64,000 nt of DNA from the IMG/VR virus record IMGVR_UViG_3300005077_000010, positions 1-64,000 of that record; one strand, given 5' to 3'. This stretch comes from a virus. The translations under genes and the position numbers were made by a program. Position 1 is the stretch's first letter, and each line of letters opens with the position of its first letter. Shown one piece after another: positions 36,204 to 45,279 of this stretch. The notes under the pieces were generated by a model. That model had not been told where the DNA came from, made no database searches, and saw only the letters and a list, made by a program, of their open reading frames with translations.

Positions 36204-37229
36204 CTATTCCCCTTTTAAATTAAGTAGTTTAAGTAACCCAATCTTAAGATAATTTAAAAGATCTTCGTATTCTTCTACCGCTTCTTGTTTAAAATTACGC
36301 TTGTCTTGATCTAAATTTAAAGGACCATATTTAAATTGTCCTCTTTTGTACTTTAAAAGACATTGCTCATCAATATGTTTTAAAGCCTGTTCTATTTGTG
36401 ACTCTTCCATATCAGCACTAAATAACTGACGTTTATAACAAGTAGTATTAAATCCTGCTGCCGCTTTATGTCCTCCACCACCCATTTTAGATGCTGTTTC
36501 AGATACATCTACTATACCATCAGACCGTAAAGAATATTCTGTAATATTATCTTTATCATAATATATTAAACCCTGGCCGTAATCAGTTGCTAATCTATTT
36601 CCTAATTCTGATTGCCACACAGGAGAATTAATAGCTTTAACCTTTTTATTATTAATCGAAATTTCTGTGGTATTATTATTTATGATATTATTAATTTTTC
36701 TGTCTACATACTTTTTAATTATAGTTCCTTGTTTAATTAACGTTTCAATTCCTTTATCTCCTAATTTAAATAGTCGATCAAATTCAGGAAATATACGAGG
36801 ATAAGAGTCTAAAGCATAATAAACTTCATCAGTATTAGCAAGTATTTTTTTCCACAAATCTATATCATCAATATATTCGTATAATAGAGGAGCTTTAACC
36901 CAAAAAAAGTGTTTCCATGTAGCTAAAGAAGCAGACATATTAGGATTATAATGAAAGTAAGAAAGATCACCTAATTTACGGTAGGCTGTTATATGATGGT
37001 CAATGATTAAAAGATTTTGTGCCAGTTCTTTTATCTTTAAAGTAGTAGCCAAATCAAAAGAAAAATCTAAGATGTAAACATTTTTATTTTTAACTAAGTC
37101 TAAATCAAGTTCTTTATCGTGGGTAAAAGGATAATAGTCTACTGCCCACTCATATTGCCTCCATATACAAAAAGCCGCCGCAAAACCGTCCCAATCATCA
37201 TGGTAAATACAAATATCATGATTTTCCAT
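36204..37229 (-). CDS. DHH/DHHA1 phosphoesterase with MazG-like C-terminal domain
   Basis: YH..DG, LDFS, IDHH, D.DLW, YSLRS, GGGH..AAG; tail G..KYG...EE..D...Y. Confidence 0.85.
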   Translation of the reverse strand: MENHDICIYHDDWDGFAAAFCIWRQYEWAVDYYPFTHDKELDLDLVKNKNVYILDFSFDLATTLKIKELAQNLLIIDHHITAYRKLGDLSYFHYNPNMSASLATWKHFFWVKAPLLYEYIDDIDLWKKILANTDEVYYALDSYPRIFPEFDRLFKLGDKGIETLIKQGTIIKKYVDRKINNIINNNTTEISINNKKVKAINSPVWQSELGNRLATDYGQGLIYYDKDNITEYSLRSDGIVDVSETASKMGGGGHKAAAGFNTTCYKRQLFSADMEESQIEQALKHIDEQCLLKYKRGQFKYGPLNLDQDKRNFKQEAVEEYEDLLNYLKIGLLKLLNLKGE

Positions 37230-37233
37230 ATTA

Positions 37234-37974
37234 TTATTCCTTTCCTATATCAATAATTTCAATTTCTTTTGGCTTATTCCATTCAAGCTCCATTTCTTCT
37301 AGTTGTTTAGTAGTTAATTTTTCATTTTCTGAACACCATTTACGAAGAAAGTATAAAAACATCTTTTCTTTTTTACTTAAATGCGGAGTGTAATTAGAAG
37401 GAATTTGAAATGCGTTTCCTAATGTAGTAGTAATTCCTGCTGTAGTAAATTCACGTTTAAGAGATGAGTGGGTAAAATTAATATAAAGATGTGTATATGC
37501 GCGGGTAATGTCAAAAGATACGTTAAAAGGCATAACATTAAACTGCTCAAATTGTAAATACGGATAACCTTCTTTACTAAATTGGAATTTTAGTGTTTCA
37601 ATAACCCCATTAAATTTGTATGTTTTATCCACTTCAAGCCGTTCTTTTACCTTTTTAGTTCTTTTTACTTTTGTATGTGCGTTAGAAGCAATAAAATCTT
37701 CTGGAATACTATTTTGTTTTGTCGGTTTAACTTCTGTCGAAATTTTCGCTTTTTTAACTTTCTTCGTAAAAGATTTTGTAGTTAACTTCTTTGTTTTTTT
37801 AATGCTTTTAACCTTATTCTTTGATCCTTTTGGCCTACCACGTTTTCGTTTAGGTGGAGTAGTAGATTTTCGAGCCGCCGCGTATTCTACAGTAATTATG
37901 TCATCAAAATATACTTTTTCGGGCAAATCAAGTTTAACTGTATTCTTTGAAGTAATTACATTTACAATAGGCAT
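37234..37974 (-). CDS. basic protein with AT-hook motif
   Basis: KRKRGRPKGSKNK and a Lys-rich segment. Confidence 0.7.
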   Translation of the reverse strand: MPIVNVITSKNTVKLDLPEKVYFDDIITVEYAAARKSTTPPKRKRGRPKGSKNKVKSIKKTKKLTTKSFTKKVKKAKISTEVKPTKQNSIPEDFIASNAHTKVKRTKKVKERLEVDKTYKFNGVIETLKFQFSKEGYPYLQFEQFNVMPFNVSFDITRAYTHLYINFTHSSLKREFTTAGITTTLGNAFQIPSNYTPHLSKKEKMFLYFLRKWCSENEKLTTKQLEEMELEWNKPKEIEIIDIGKE

Positions 37975-37991
37975 GATTTTTCCTTTCTATG

Positions 37992-38483
37992 TTATAAAAT
38001 ATCTCCATTAACATACTTTTCTAATAAGTTAACCGCCCTATCTTCACACTGCCTAATATACTCTCGTGATACTTTATATTCTTGCCCTATTTCATGTAAT
38101 GTTTTTTTGCCGTAAAATCTATCACAAACTATTTTAGCTAACTTTCTGTTTTTGAATTTAAGAATAGCTGTTAGTTGTATTTCTGGATCTAAATTATGTG
38201 CTGTTAAACTATTTAAAAATTTTGAAATAGTTTCATATTTATCCTCCATGTGTGTTACTCGTTTAGGTACAAATAAAGATATTTCTATTTCTTTTTTACA
38301 GTTTGGACATAATAAATCTGTTTCTTGCTTTTTCGATATTATCTTTTCACATACTGAGCAACGTAATGGAGGGCTTTGGATTGCGCGTAAAAACCATCTG
38401 TAACAAGATAAACATAATCCAAAGGCGTAAGGTTTTTCTTCTTTATGACACCACCAACACTTATGCATGACAAAATACTCCAT
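37992..38483 (-). CDS. zinc-finger plus sigma70 region-4 HTH protein
   Basis: four CxxC pairs; TLHEIGQEYKVSREYIRQ.E.RA. Confidence 0.8.
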   Translation of the reverse strand: MEYFVMHKCWWCHKEEKPYAFGLCLSCYRWFLRAIQSPPLRCSVCEKIISKKQETDLLCPNCKKEIEISLFVPKRVTHMEDKYETISKFLNSLTAHNLDPEIQLTAILKFKNRKLAKIVCDRFYGKKTLHEIGQEYKVSREYIRQCEDRAVNLLEKYVNGDIL

Positions 38484-38505
38484 ATCTAAAGGGATTTATA
38501 CTCCT

Positions 38506-38534
38506 TTATACCACACTTTCGACCATTTGTCAAG
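38506..38534 (-). promoter_or_regulatory. sigma70 promoter
   Basis: TTGACA-17-TATAAA with TG. Confidence 0.75.
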
Positions 38535-38536
38535 TA

Positions 38537-39001
38537 CTAAACAATGTAGACTGGGGTGTCGTTTTTATCTAGTATAACAACTTTTCCCCACGTTGACTGC
38601 ACGGCGAACAACTTTTTTTCCACATTTAAAATTGCGAAATAAACATTAAATCTTTTCTTGCCGTCTTCTGTTACTTCATCCTGCCAAACATCAAGAATAG
38701 GATAAATTACATCAGAACTAAATTTTGCAACTTGGCCTAATTGAGAAATAGCATTATTATTTAGTTCTAAGTTAATAAAATATTCTTCTCCATTTTCTGT
38801 TATATCTTCACACCATTTAGCAGGGATAACAAATGTATTTCCTTTATCATCAGGTATGGCAAAATAATAGATAAACTTTCTAGGAGAGGCAACATGAAGG
38901 TCTTTCCATTTACAAATAATAGGATATCGTGATAGTTTAGTATACTTTGCTAAATTTTTAAGTTTTTCTTTCCCGTATTCATTAATTCCTGTTTCAAGCA
39001 T
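38537..39001 (-). CDS. hypothetical protein with internal duplication
   Basis: YPI...W.D...YFAI occurs twice; GGAGG RBS. Confidence 0.7.
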   Translation of the reverse strand: MLETGINEYGKEKLKNLAKYTKLSRYPIICKWKDLHVASPRKFIYYFAIPDDKGNTFVIPAKWCEDITENGEEYFINLELNNNAISQLGQVAKFSSDVIYPILDVWQDEVTEDGKKRFNVYFAILNVEKKLFAVQSTWGKVVILDKNDTPVYIV

Positions 39002-39109
39002 TCTAATACCCTCCAAAAAACTAATATTCTTAATAAAACTAGTTGACAAACATAATATAATTATATAATATAGAATTACTAAATGCAATAAAAAAGTTAA
39101 AGAGGTCAC

Positions 39110-39697
39110 ATGTCTACTTCAAAATTAGTTAAATCTACTAGAAATATTGAAGAGCATATAGATAATTTAGTAGCAGTACAAGAAGCTAAAGCTAAAGGAA
39201 AAGCTGATAGTGTTATCTGTAAAGAACTTCAAATCAGTCATACCACACTACAAAAGTATAAAGCTATATTAGTAGAACAAAGTTTAAAAACATTAACCCC
39301 TGAATATCAAGATGCTAAACGTTGTGAATTAGATGAACAAATACAAACAATAATTAGAAAAATATTCAGTGTAGTTAATACTGTAGATGACCAATATGAT
39401 ATTATACGAAGAGAAGTTGAAGATGCACTAAATGATCCAGAATTAGAACCAGAAAATAGATTACGTTTAAGACGGGCTGCACGATATCCTGTAGAAGATA
39501 TTGTGGAACTTAAGAAAATATTAATTTCTGCTGTTGAATTGCGATCTAAAGTATGGGGCTTAGATAAAGAAAATAATCAAAAAGTACAAATTAATAATAA
39601 TCGTAAATTAATTTTCCAAGTAAACCATCAGTTGGAGGATAAAACAGGAAAATTAGATCAATTAGCTAATTCAATTATTTCTGGAATTAGTGAATAG
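39110..39697 (+). CDS. putative terminase small subunit
   Basis: N-terminal HTH, R.K.WGLD motif, position upstream of terL. Confidence 0.65.
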   Translation: MSTSKLVKSTRNIEEHIDNLVAVQEAKAKGKADSVICKELQISHTTLQKYKAILVEQSLKTLTPEYQDAKRCELDEQIQTIIRKIFSVVNTVDDQYDIIRREVEDALNDPELEPENRLRLRRAARYPVEDIVELKKILISAVELRSKVWGLDKENNQKVQINNNRKLIFQVNHQLEDKTGKLDQLANSIISGISE

Positions 39698-39928
39698 GTG
39701 AATTATGGGTTGTAAATGTAATGAGCGAAAAGAAAAACCTAAAAATCTATTAGTAGCTGTCAAATACATATACTGTCCTCAATGTAATAATGTCATTGTC
39801 GAACGGTTAACAGAAAGTGAATCAATAGGATATAAGTGTAAAAAGTGTAAAAGTAAAGTTGCTATTTTTATGCGCCCTCCTTCTCCTAATAGATTGAGTA
39901 TGACCAAAGAAAGAATGGGAGTTTAATA

Positions 39929-42550
39929 ATGGCTGAATTAGAAGTAACTATGGAAGAATGGTTACAATTATGCTATAAAAGACCTGATGTATTTGCACAT
40001 TATTATTTTGATCATATAATTAGATGCCCTAGTAGTAAGTTTCATTTTTTACTTTATGATTTAATCTATAAAATTAACCAAAGTAACTATTCTAATCGTG
40101 TTGCTATTGCCGCCCCAAGAGGTAACGCTAAAACACAAATTATTCATGTTATTCTACCTATTTGGTGTATCGCGTTTGAACAAAAAAAATACATTGTAAT
40201 GGTTAGTGATACAAGTAGAGCGGTAGAAGCTAATTTGGAATCTATTAAATATGAGTTAACAACAAATGAAAAATTAGCAGAACATTTTCCTCATATAGTA
40301 GGGGAAGGGCCGAAATGGAAAAAGGAAGAAATTGATACAAATAATAATGTACGTATTGTAGCTTTAGGTGCAGGAAAACAATTACGCGGTACACAAAAAA
40401 AGGGTGCTAGAAGACCTGACGCAATCCATCTTGACGATCTCGAAAATGATGAGCATGTCAATACAAAAGCGCAAAGAGATAAATTAGAGGATTGGCTAAC
40501 TAAAGTTATTTTAGGTATGGAGGGTGCAAAAGAAGAAGGTTATAAAATGGATGTTATTTTAACGGGAACAATTATTCATCCAAAAAGTTTATTAGCTAAA
40601 TTAGTCAGCCCATCTGAGTTTTTAGGTTGGGATAAACATTTATTTAAAGCGGTTTATAAAGATTCTAAATCTCCATTATGGCAAACATGGAAAGACATTT
40701 ATACTAATTATTCAGATAGTAATAGAATTGAAACAGCTGAATTATTTTTTAATACGCACAAAAAAGAAATGTTAGAAGGGGTTGAAGTTTTATGGCCCGA
40801 AGGTGACCCATATTATAGAATACAAGAATATAAAATTAATGCCGGAATAAAAGCCTATAGTTGTTTTAAACAAGGCACTCCTATTATTTTAGAGGATTAC
40901 AGTTTTAAAAACATCGAAGATATAAAAGAAGGTGATAAAGTAATAACTAAAGACGGAAGTTCACAAAAAGTAACATACGTGAATTCTAGGTATACCGATT
41001 CTGATATATATAAAATTAAAATAGCGGGGGTATCTCAAACAATAGAAGCAACTGAAGAACATCCATTTTTAATTTGGCCCCAAGTAAAATATAAACAATA
41101 CATACTAAATCACCAACATTTATCAGCATATTTAAGCGGATTTAATACTGAATATAAACAGCAAACAGTAAATAACAGAATACTTACTAACGAAACCCGA
41201 TGGAAGTTTGCAAAGGATATAAATGTCGGGGATGCTGTTATTATGCCACTACCGCCAAAAGTGCAGGGAAAACACCTATGTGACCCTGATTGGTGGTGGT
41301 TAATTGGGTATTATTTAGCGGAAGGGTGGACAAGTACAACAAATAATACAGTAAATTTTGCGGCTCATATTGATGAAATCCCATATTTTAATGAAGTAAT
41401 TAGAATAAGTAAAAAATATAACTACGGACAAACTTTTACTATACGAGAAGGTAGTAGTGAAAGTGATAAGGTTATTACTTTAACTTTTAGTTCTCCTGAG
41501 TTATCACAGTATCTTAAATTATATGGAAAAGGAGCAAAGAACAAACATTTACCGTATAATGAAATTAAATGTTTGTGCAAAGATTGTTTTTCTTCTTTAT
41601 GGGGTGGTTATATTGCAGGAGATGGATATGACATTCGAGGTTATAAAGGAGTTAATAGTATTAGTTGGCAGTTACTACATGATTTTCAAATTGGGTGGTT
41701 AAGACATAGAGAAATTACTTATATGTATAAAATGAAAGATCATGGAGAAATTAACTTTCGTGGGAAAACATATTCTACTCAGCCTTTATGGAGTTTACAA
41801 AAAATAGAAACTAAACGGGCAAAACAAGTTTGGATATATGAAGAAAATTTATACAGTAAAATTCAAAAGATAGAGAGAGTTATAACAAATCAGCCGACAA
41901 AAGTATATGGTATTTCAGTAGACGTTAACCACAACTACACAATTCCAAATGCGGTTGTCAAGAATAGCGAAAAACAGAATAATCCAATTGATCCAAGTTC
42001 TGTGCTATTTGATACAGAAAAAATAGTTTATTATAACAGAAGTGATATTGATTTAGATACTTTAATTATTTATGGCGCAATTGATCCTGCTAGTGGAGAT
42101 GCTAAAAAGAAAGGGGACTTAACTGCTATTGTAACTATCGGTAAAAGTCCTAAAACTGGTATAATGTATGTTTTAGATGTGAAAGCTGATAATACACTAA
42201 GCCCTTCTGATAGTATTAAATATATTAAAAGAATGCATGAATTATATGATTATAGATATTTTGGTATTGATTCTGACGCATTGAAATTATATAAAGATTT
42301 AATATTACGAGAAGTACCTAGTTTAATGGGAAAACTAAAATTATATAACTTAAGAGTAAATAAACGTTCTCGTATAGATAGATTAGAACCTCCCATAAAT
42401 AGTGGATTAATACAAATACAAAAAACTCAATACGAATTACTAGATGAGTTAATGCACTTTCCAAAATCAGAATACGATGATGTACTTGATGCTTTGGAAA
42501 TTGCGTCTACTGTAGCTGGTAATCGTAAATGTAGGATTTTAACATACTAG
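39929..42550 (+). CDS. terL: terminase large subunit, intein-containing
   Basis: APRGNAKT Walker A, RPD.I.LDDLE Walker B, IDPA and DD..DALE nuclease motifs. Confidence 0.95.
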   Translation: MAELEVTMEEWLQLCYKRPDVFAHYYFDHIIRCPSSKFHFLLYDLIYKINQSNYSNRVAIAAPRGNAKTQIIHVILPIWCIAFEQKKYIVMVSDTSRAVEANLESIKYELTTNEKLAEHFPHIVGEGPKWKKEEIDTNNNVRIVALGAGKQLRGTQKKGARRPDAIHLDDLENDEHVNTKAQRDKLEDWLTKVILGMEGAKEEGYKMDVILTGTIIHPKSLLAKLVSPSEFLGWDKHLFKAVYKDSKSPLWQTWKDIYTNYSDSNRIETAELFFNTHKKEMLEGVEVLWPEGDPYYRIQEYKINAGIKAYSCFKQGTPIILEDYSFKNIEDIKEGDKVITKDGSSQKVTYVNSRYTDSDIYKIKIAGVSQTIEATEEHPFLIWPQVKYKQYILNHQHLSAYLSGFNTEYKQQTVNNRILTNETRWKFAKDINVGDAVIMPLPPKVQGKHLCDPDWWWLIGYYLAEGWTSTTNNTVNFAAHIDEIPYFNEVIRISKKYNYGQTFTIREGSSESDKVITLTFSSPELSQYLKLYGKGAKNKHLPYNEIKCLCKDCFSSLWGGYIAGDGYDIRGYKGVNSISWQLLHDFQIGWLRHREITYMYKMKDHGEINFRGKTYSTQPLWSLQKIETKRAKQVWIYEENLYSKIQKIERVITNQPTKVYGISVDVNHNYTIPNAVVKNSEKQNNPIDPSSVLFDTEKIVYYNRSDIDLDTLIIYGAIDPASGDAKKKGDLTAIVTIGKSPKTGIMYVLDVKADNTLSPSDSIKYIKRMHELYDYRYFGIDSDALKLYKDLILREVPSLMGKLKLYNLRVNKRSRIDRLEPPINSGLIQIQKTQYELLDELMHFPKSEYDDVLDALEIASTVAGNRKCRILTY
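40862..41965 (+). mobile_element. intein with LAGLIDADG endonuclease in terL (368 aa)
   Basis: YS|CFKQGTPI...ATEEHPF...IGYYLAEG...GYIAGDG...VVKN|SEKQNNP. Confidence 0.93.
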
Positions 42551-42562
42551 GAGAATAACCAA

Positions 42563-44191
42563 ATGACAGAATTTAAAATTAAAGATCGCCGTCACCCTTT
42601 ATATGATGCGTATATTGATGATTGGGAGTTCTATCTTCTAAGTTTTAATGGAGGAGATGAATACATTGAAACCCATTTAGAAACTCATAGACTTGAAAAT
42701 CCTGGCGATTATACCCGGCGTAAGAATAGAGCATATTATCTAAATTATTGTAGTCCTATTGCTACTATCCCTTCTGACTTTATTTATAAAAAAGAAGCCA
42801 CTCGCCCCGCAGATAAAAAACTTACTATATTTAGAGAAAATGTAGATAGACGAGGAACTAATATTCATGAGTTTATGAGAAAAGTGTGCATTCTTGGGGC
42901 TTTATATGGTACTATTCACATTCTAATTGATAAACCAAATAAAACTAAAGAAATGCTCCAGTTAGAAAAAGAAGGAAAAAAGTTAACTAAATATCATAAT
43001 TCTCTTTTAAACCCCTATGCTACTATTGTACAACCTCAAAGTTTATTAGATTGGTCAATTAATCCAGAAACTCAAGAATTAAATTGGATTTTATTATGCG
43101 AAACTGTATATGATGATGCTGATTTTATGCAAGAACGTATAGAAAGTGTTCAATATAAAGTGTGGACTCCTAATGAATGGATTATTTATAATGAAAATAA
43201 TGATGAAATTGACAGAGGATGGCATGGTTTAGGACGTATTCCTTTAGTTACGCATTACCATAAAGATGTTGATTTAAATCTTGTTGGGGAAAGTATGATA
43301 AAGGATGTGGCTGAATCTAATAAAGCTATTTTTAATTGGTGTAGTACTCTAGATGAAATGATTTGTAGACAAACTTTCTCTCAATTAATATGTCCAGATG
43401 ATGGTTCTATGACTGCCGATGAAGTAGATGGAGAAGGTGGTTCAAGAGCATTAAAAGCAATAGGAACAGCATCTGCATTTACATACCCTGCTGAAGCTAG
43501 ACATCCTCCTGCATTTATTTCTCCTGATACTAAACAACTTCGTACTATTTGGGATATGGTAGTTAATCATGCTAGAGAAATGTTTAGATTATCAGGACTA
43601 GTATCGGCTAAAACTTCTATGATTGAAAAGACAGGACAAACGGGTAAAGCAGAAGAAATGAAATTCTTAGATATGGCTGTATTTCTTGCTGCTAAAGCTA
43701 AAAGTCTAGAAAATACCGAAAATAAAGTTAATGAATTTGTGTATTTATGGCAAGGGGAACCTAATATTATTCCTGAACGAGTACACTATCCTGATAAGTT
43801 TGATATTACTTCACCATTAGATATTGTTGATTTATATGTTAAAGTAACTACTAATGCTATTTCTGGACGATTAAATAAAGAAATGGCAAAAAGATTAGTA
43901 CATCAAGTATTACCTCACGCAGAAGATGAAATAGTTTCTGAAATTTATAAAGAAATAGAAGCTAATAAATATCTGGATGATCCCACTTTATTATATGATG
44001 GAGGAGGGAACACAAATACAGTAAGTGACACTATGGTAGGCAAAGAAGGGCAACAGTTAGCAACAGAAAATACCCAAAAAGTACAAGAAGAACAAAATAA
44101 ACAAAATCCTAAGCGTATTACAGAACCTATTCCAAATATAAAAAAGCCGAGTAGACAAGCAAAATTTAGACGAAATAAAACGAGTGTTTAA
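42563..44191 (+). CDS. portal protein
   Basis: HP.Y......W, E...Y..R..RAYY.N; size and position after terL. Confidence 0.88.
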   Translation: MTEFKIKDRRHPLYDAYIDDWEFYLLSFNGGDEYIETHLETHRLENPGDYTRRKNRAYYLNYCSPIATIPSDFIYKKEATRPADKKLTIFRENVDRRGTNIHEFMRKVCILGALYGTIHILIDKPNKTKEMLQLEKEGKKLTKYHNSLLNPYATIVQPQSLLDWSINPETQELNWILLCETVYDDADFMQERIESVQYKVWTPNEWIIYNENNDEIDRGWHGLGRIPLVTHYHKDVDLNLVGESMIKDVAESNKAIFNWCSTLDEMICRQTFSQLICPDDGSMTADEVDGEGGSRALKAIGTASAFTYPAEARHPPAFISPDTKQLRTIWDMVVNHAREMFRLSGLVSAKTSMIEKTGQTGKAEEMKFLDMAVFLAAKAKSLENTENKVNEFVYLWQGEPNIIPERVHYPDKFDITSPLDIVDLYVKVTTNAISGRLNKEMAKRLVHQVLPHAEDEIVSEIYKEIEANKYLDDPTLLYDGGGNTNTVSDTMVGKEGQQLATENTQKVQEEQNKQNPKRITEPIPNIKKPSRQAKFRRNKTSV

Positions 44192-44199
44192 AATATACC

Positions 44200-44228
44200 T
44201 TGACTTTAATAATAAAATATAATACTAT
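44200..44228 (+). promoter_or_regulatory. promoter for scaffold/capsid genes
   Basis: TTGACT-17-TACTAT. Confidence 0.6.
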
Positions 44229-44331
44229 AATAATAGAAATGATAACACTGTGTAATACAGACAGAGTAAATAATTAATATTATTTACTTTTATTTTTAAG
44301 TAGCTCTGACGATTCGGGGCAGGAGGTTATA

Positions 44332-45237
44332 ATGGCAGATCCAATTAACCAAGAACTGAAGGCAACAGAAACGGGTGAACGAGGACGTAAGGTAGCAGAC
44401 GATCCTGTAGATAAACAGATTGACCTTGAACGTAAGTATCAAGAAGCACTAAAACAAAAACAAGGTTTGGCACAATCTGTAACTGAAGGAAAATCTACTC
44501 CCCCTGAAAGTGAAGATAGCGGTATGCATAAGGACGATGATAAACTTAATGTTGATCGTAACTATATTCAGCAGCTAAGAGAAGAAGCCCGAGAAACAAG
44601 AAAGAAATTAGAGGCTCAACAAAAGAAAGAGTCCGAATTTCAAAGTTTATTAGTTCAACATTTTGGTGTTGATAACCCTCAAGATTTAAAAGATAAACTT
44701 GAGGAAGCCCGACGATCTAAGGAGAAAGAGGACGAATCTAAACTCAGTCGGGTAGAAATAGCAGAGAAACGTGCTAAGGAGTTAGAAAAGACTAAAGAAG
44801 AAATGAGAATTAAGTTTGAGCAACGTGAAAGAGAGTTAATCAAATCTCGTGATGAAACTATCATTCAAAATGCTTTAATTCAAGCCGCAGTTGCTAATGA
44901 TGTAGTTAACCCTAAACAACTACTACAACTCCTTAAACATGAATTCGTAGTTGATCAAGATCGATTAATCCCAATTTATAAGGCAGAAGACGGTGAAATG
45001 TCTTTAAATGAGCGCGTAAAAGTATTTCTTGAAGACCCCGATAACTGGAATCTTGTTGGCTCCAAGGTTGCCGGTAGCGGAAGTGGGTCACAAGGAAATC
45101 TAGGCACAATCAGTGGCGGAAAACGCATGTTCTCAAAGGCTGAATTAGCTGATATGCGTAAAAATAGGCCAAAGGAATACAAAGAACGCCAGCGCGAAAT
45201 TCTAAAAGCCTACAATGAAGGACGAGTACGAGAATAA
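44332..45237 (+). CDS. capsid scaffolding protein
   Basis: YIQQLREEA coiled coil, GSGSGS linker, position before the major capsid gene. Confidence 0.85.
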   Translation: MADPINQELKATETGERGRKVADDPVDKQIDLERKYQEALKQKQGLAQSVTEGKSTPPESEDSGMHKDDDKLNVDRNYIQQLREEARETRKKLEAQQKKESEFQSLLVQHFGVDNPQDLKDKLEEARRSKEKEDESKLSRVEIAEKRAKELEKTKEEMRIKFEQRERELIKSRDETIIQNALIQAAVANDVVNPKQLLQLLKHEFVVDQDRLIPIYKAEDGEMSLNERVKVFLEDPDNWNLVGSKVAGSGSGSQGNLGTISGGKRMFSKAELADMRKNRPKEYKERQREILKAYNEGRVRE

Positions 45238-45279
45238 ATTGATCAACATTATTCATTATGACCGTAGGAGGTTATACTA

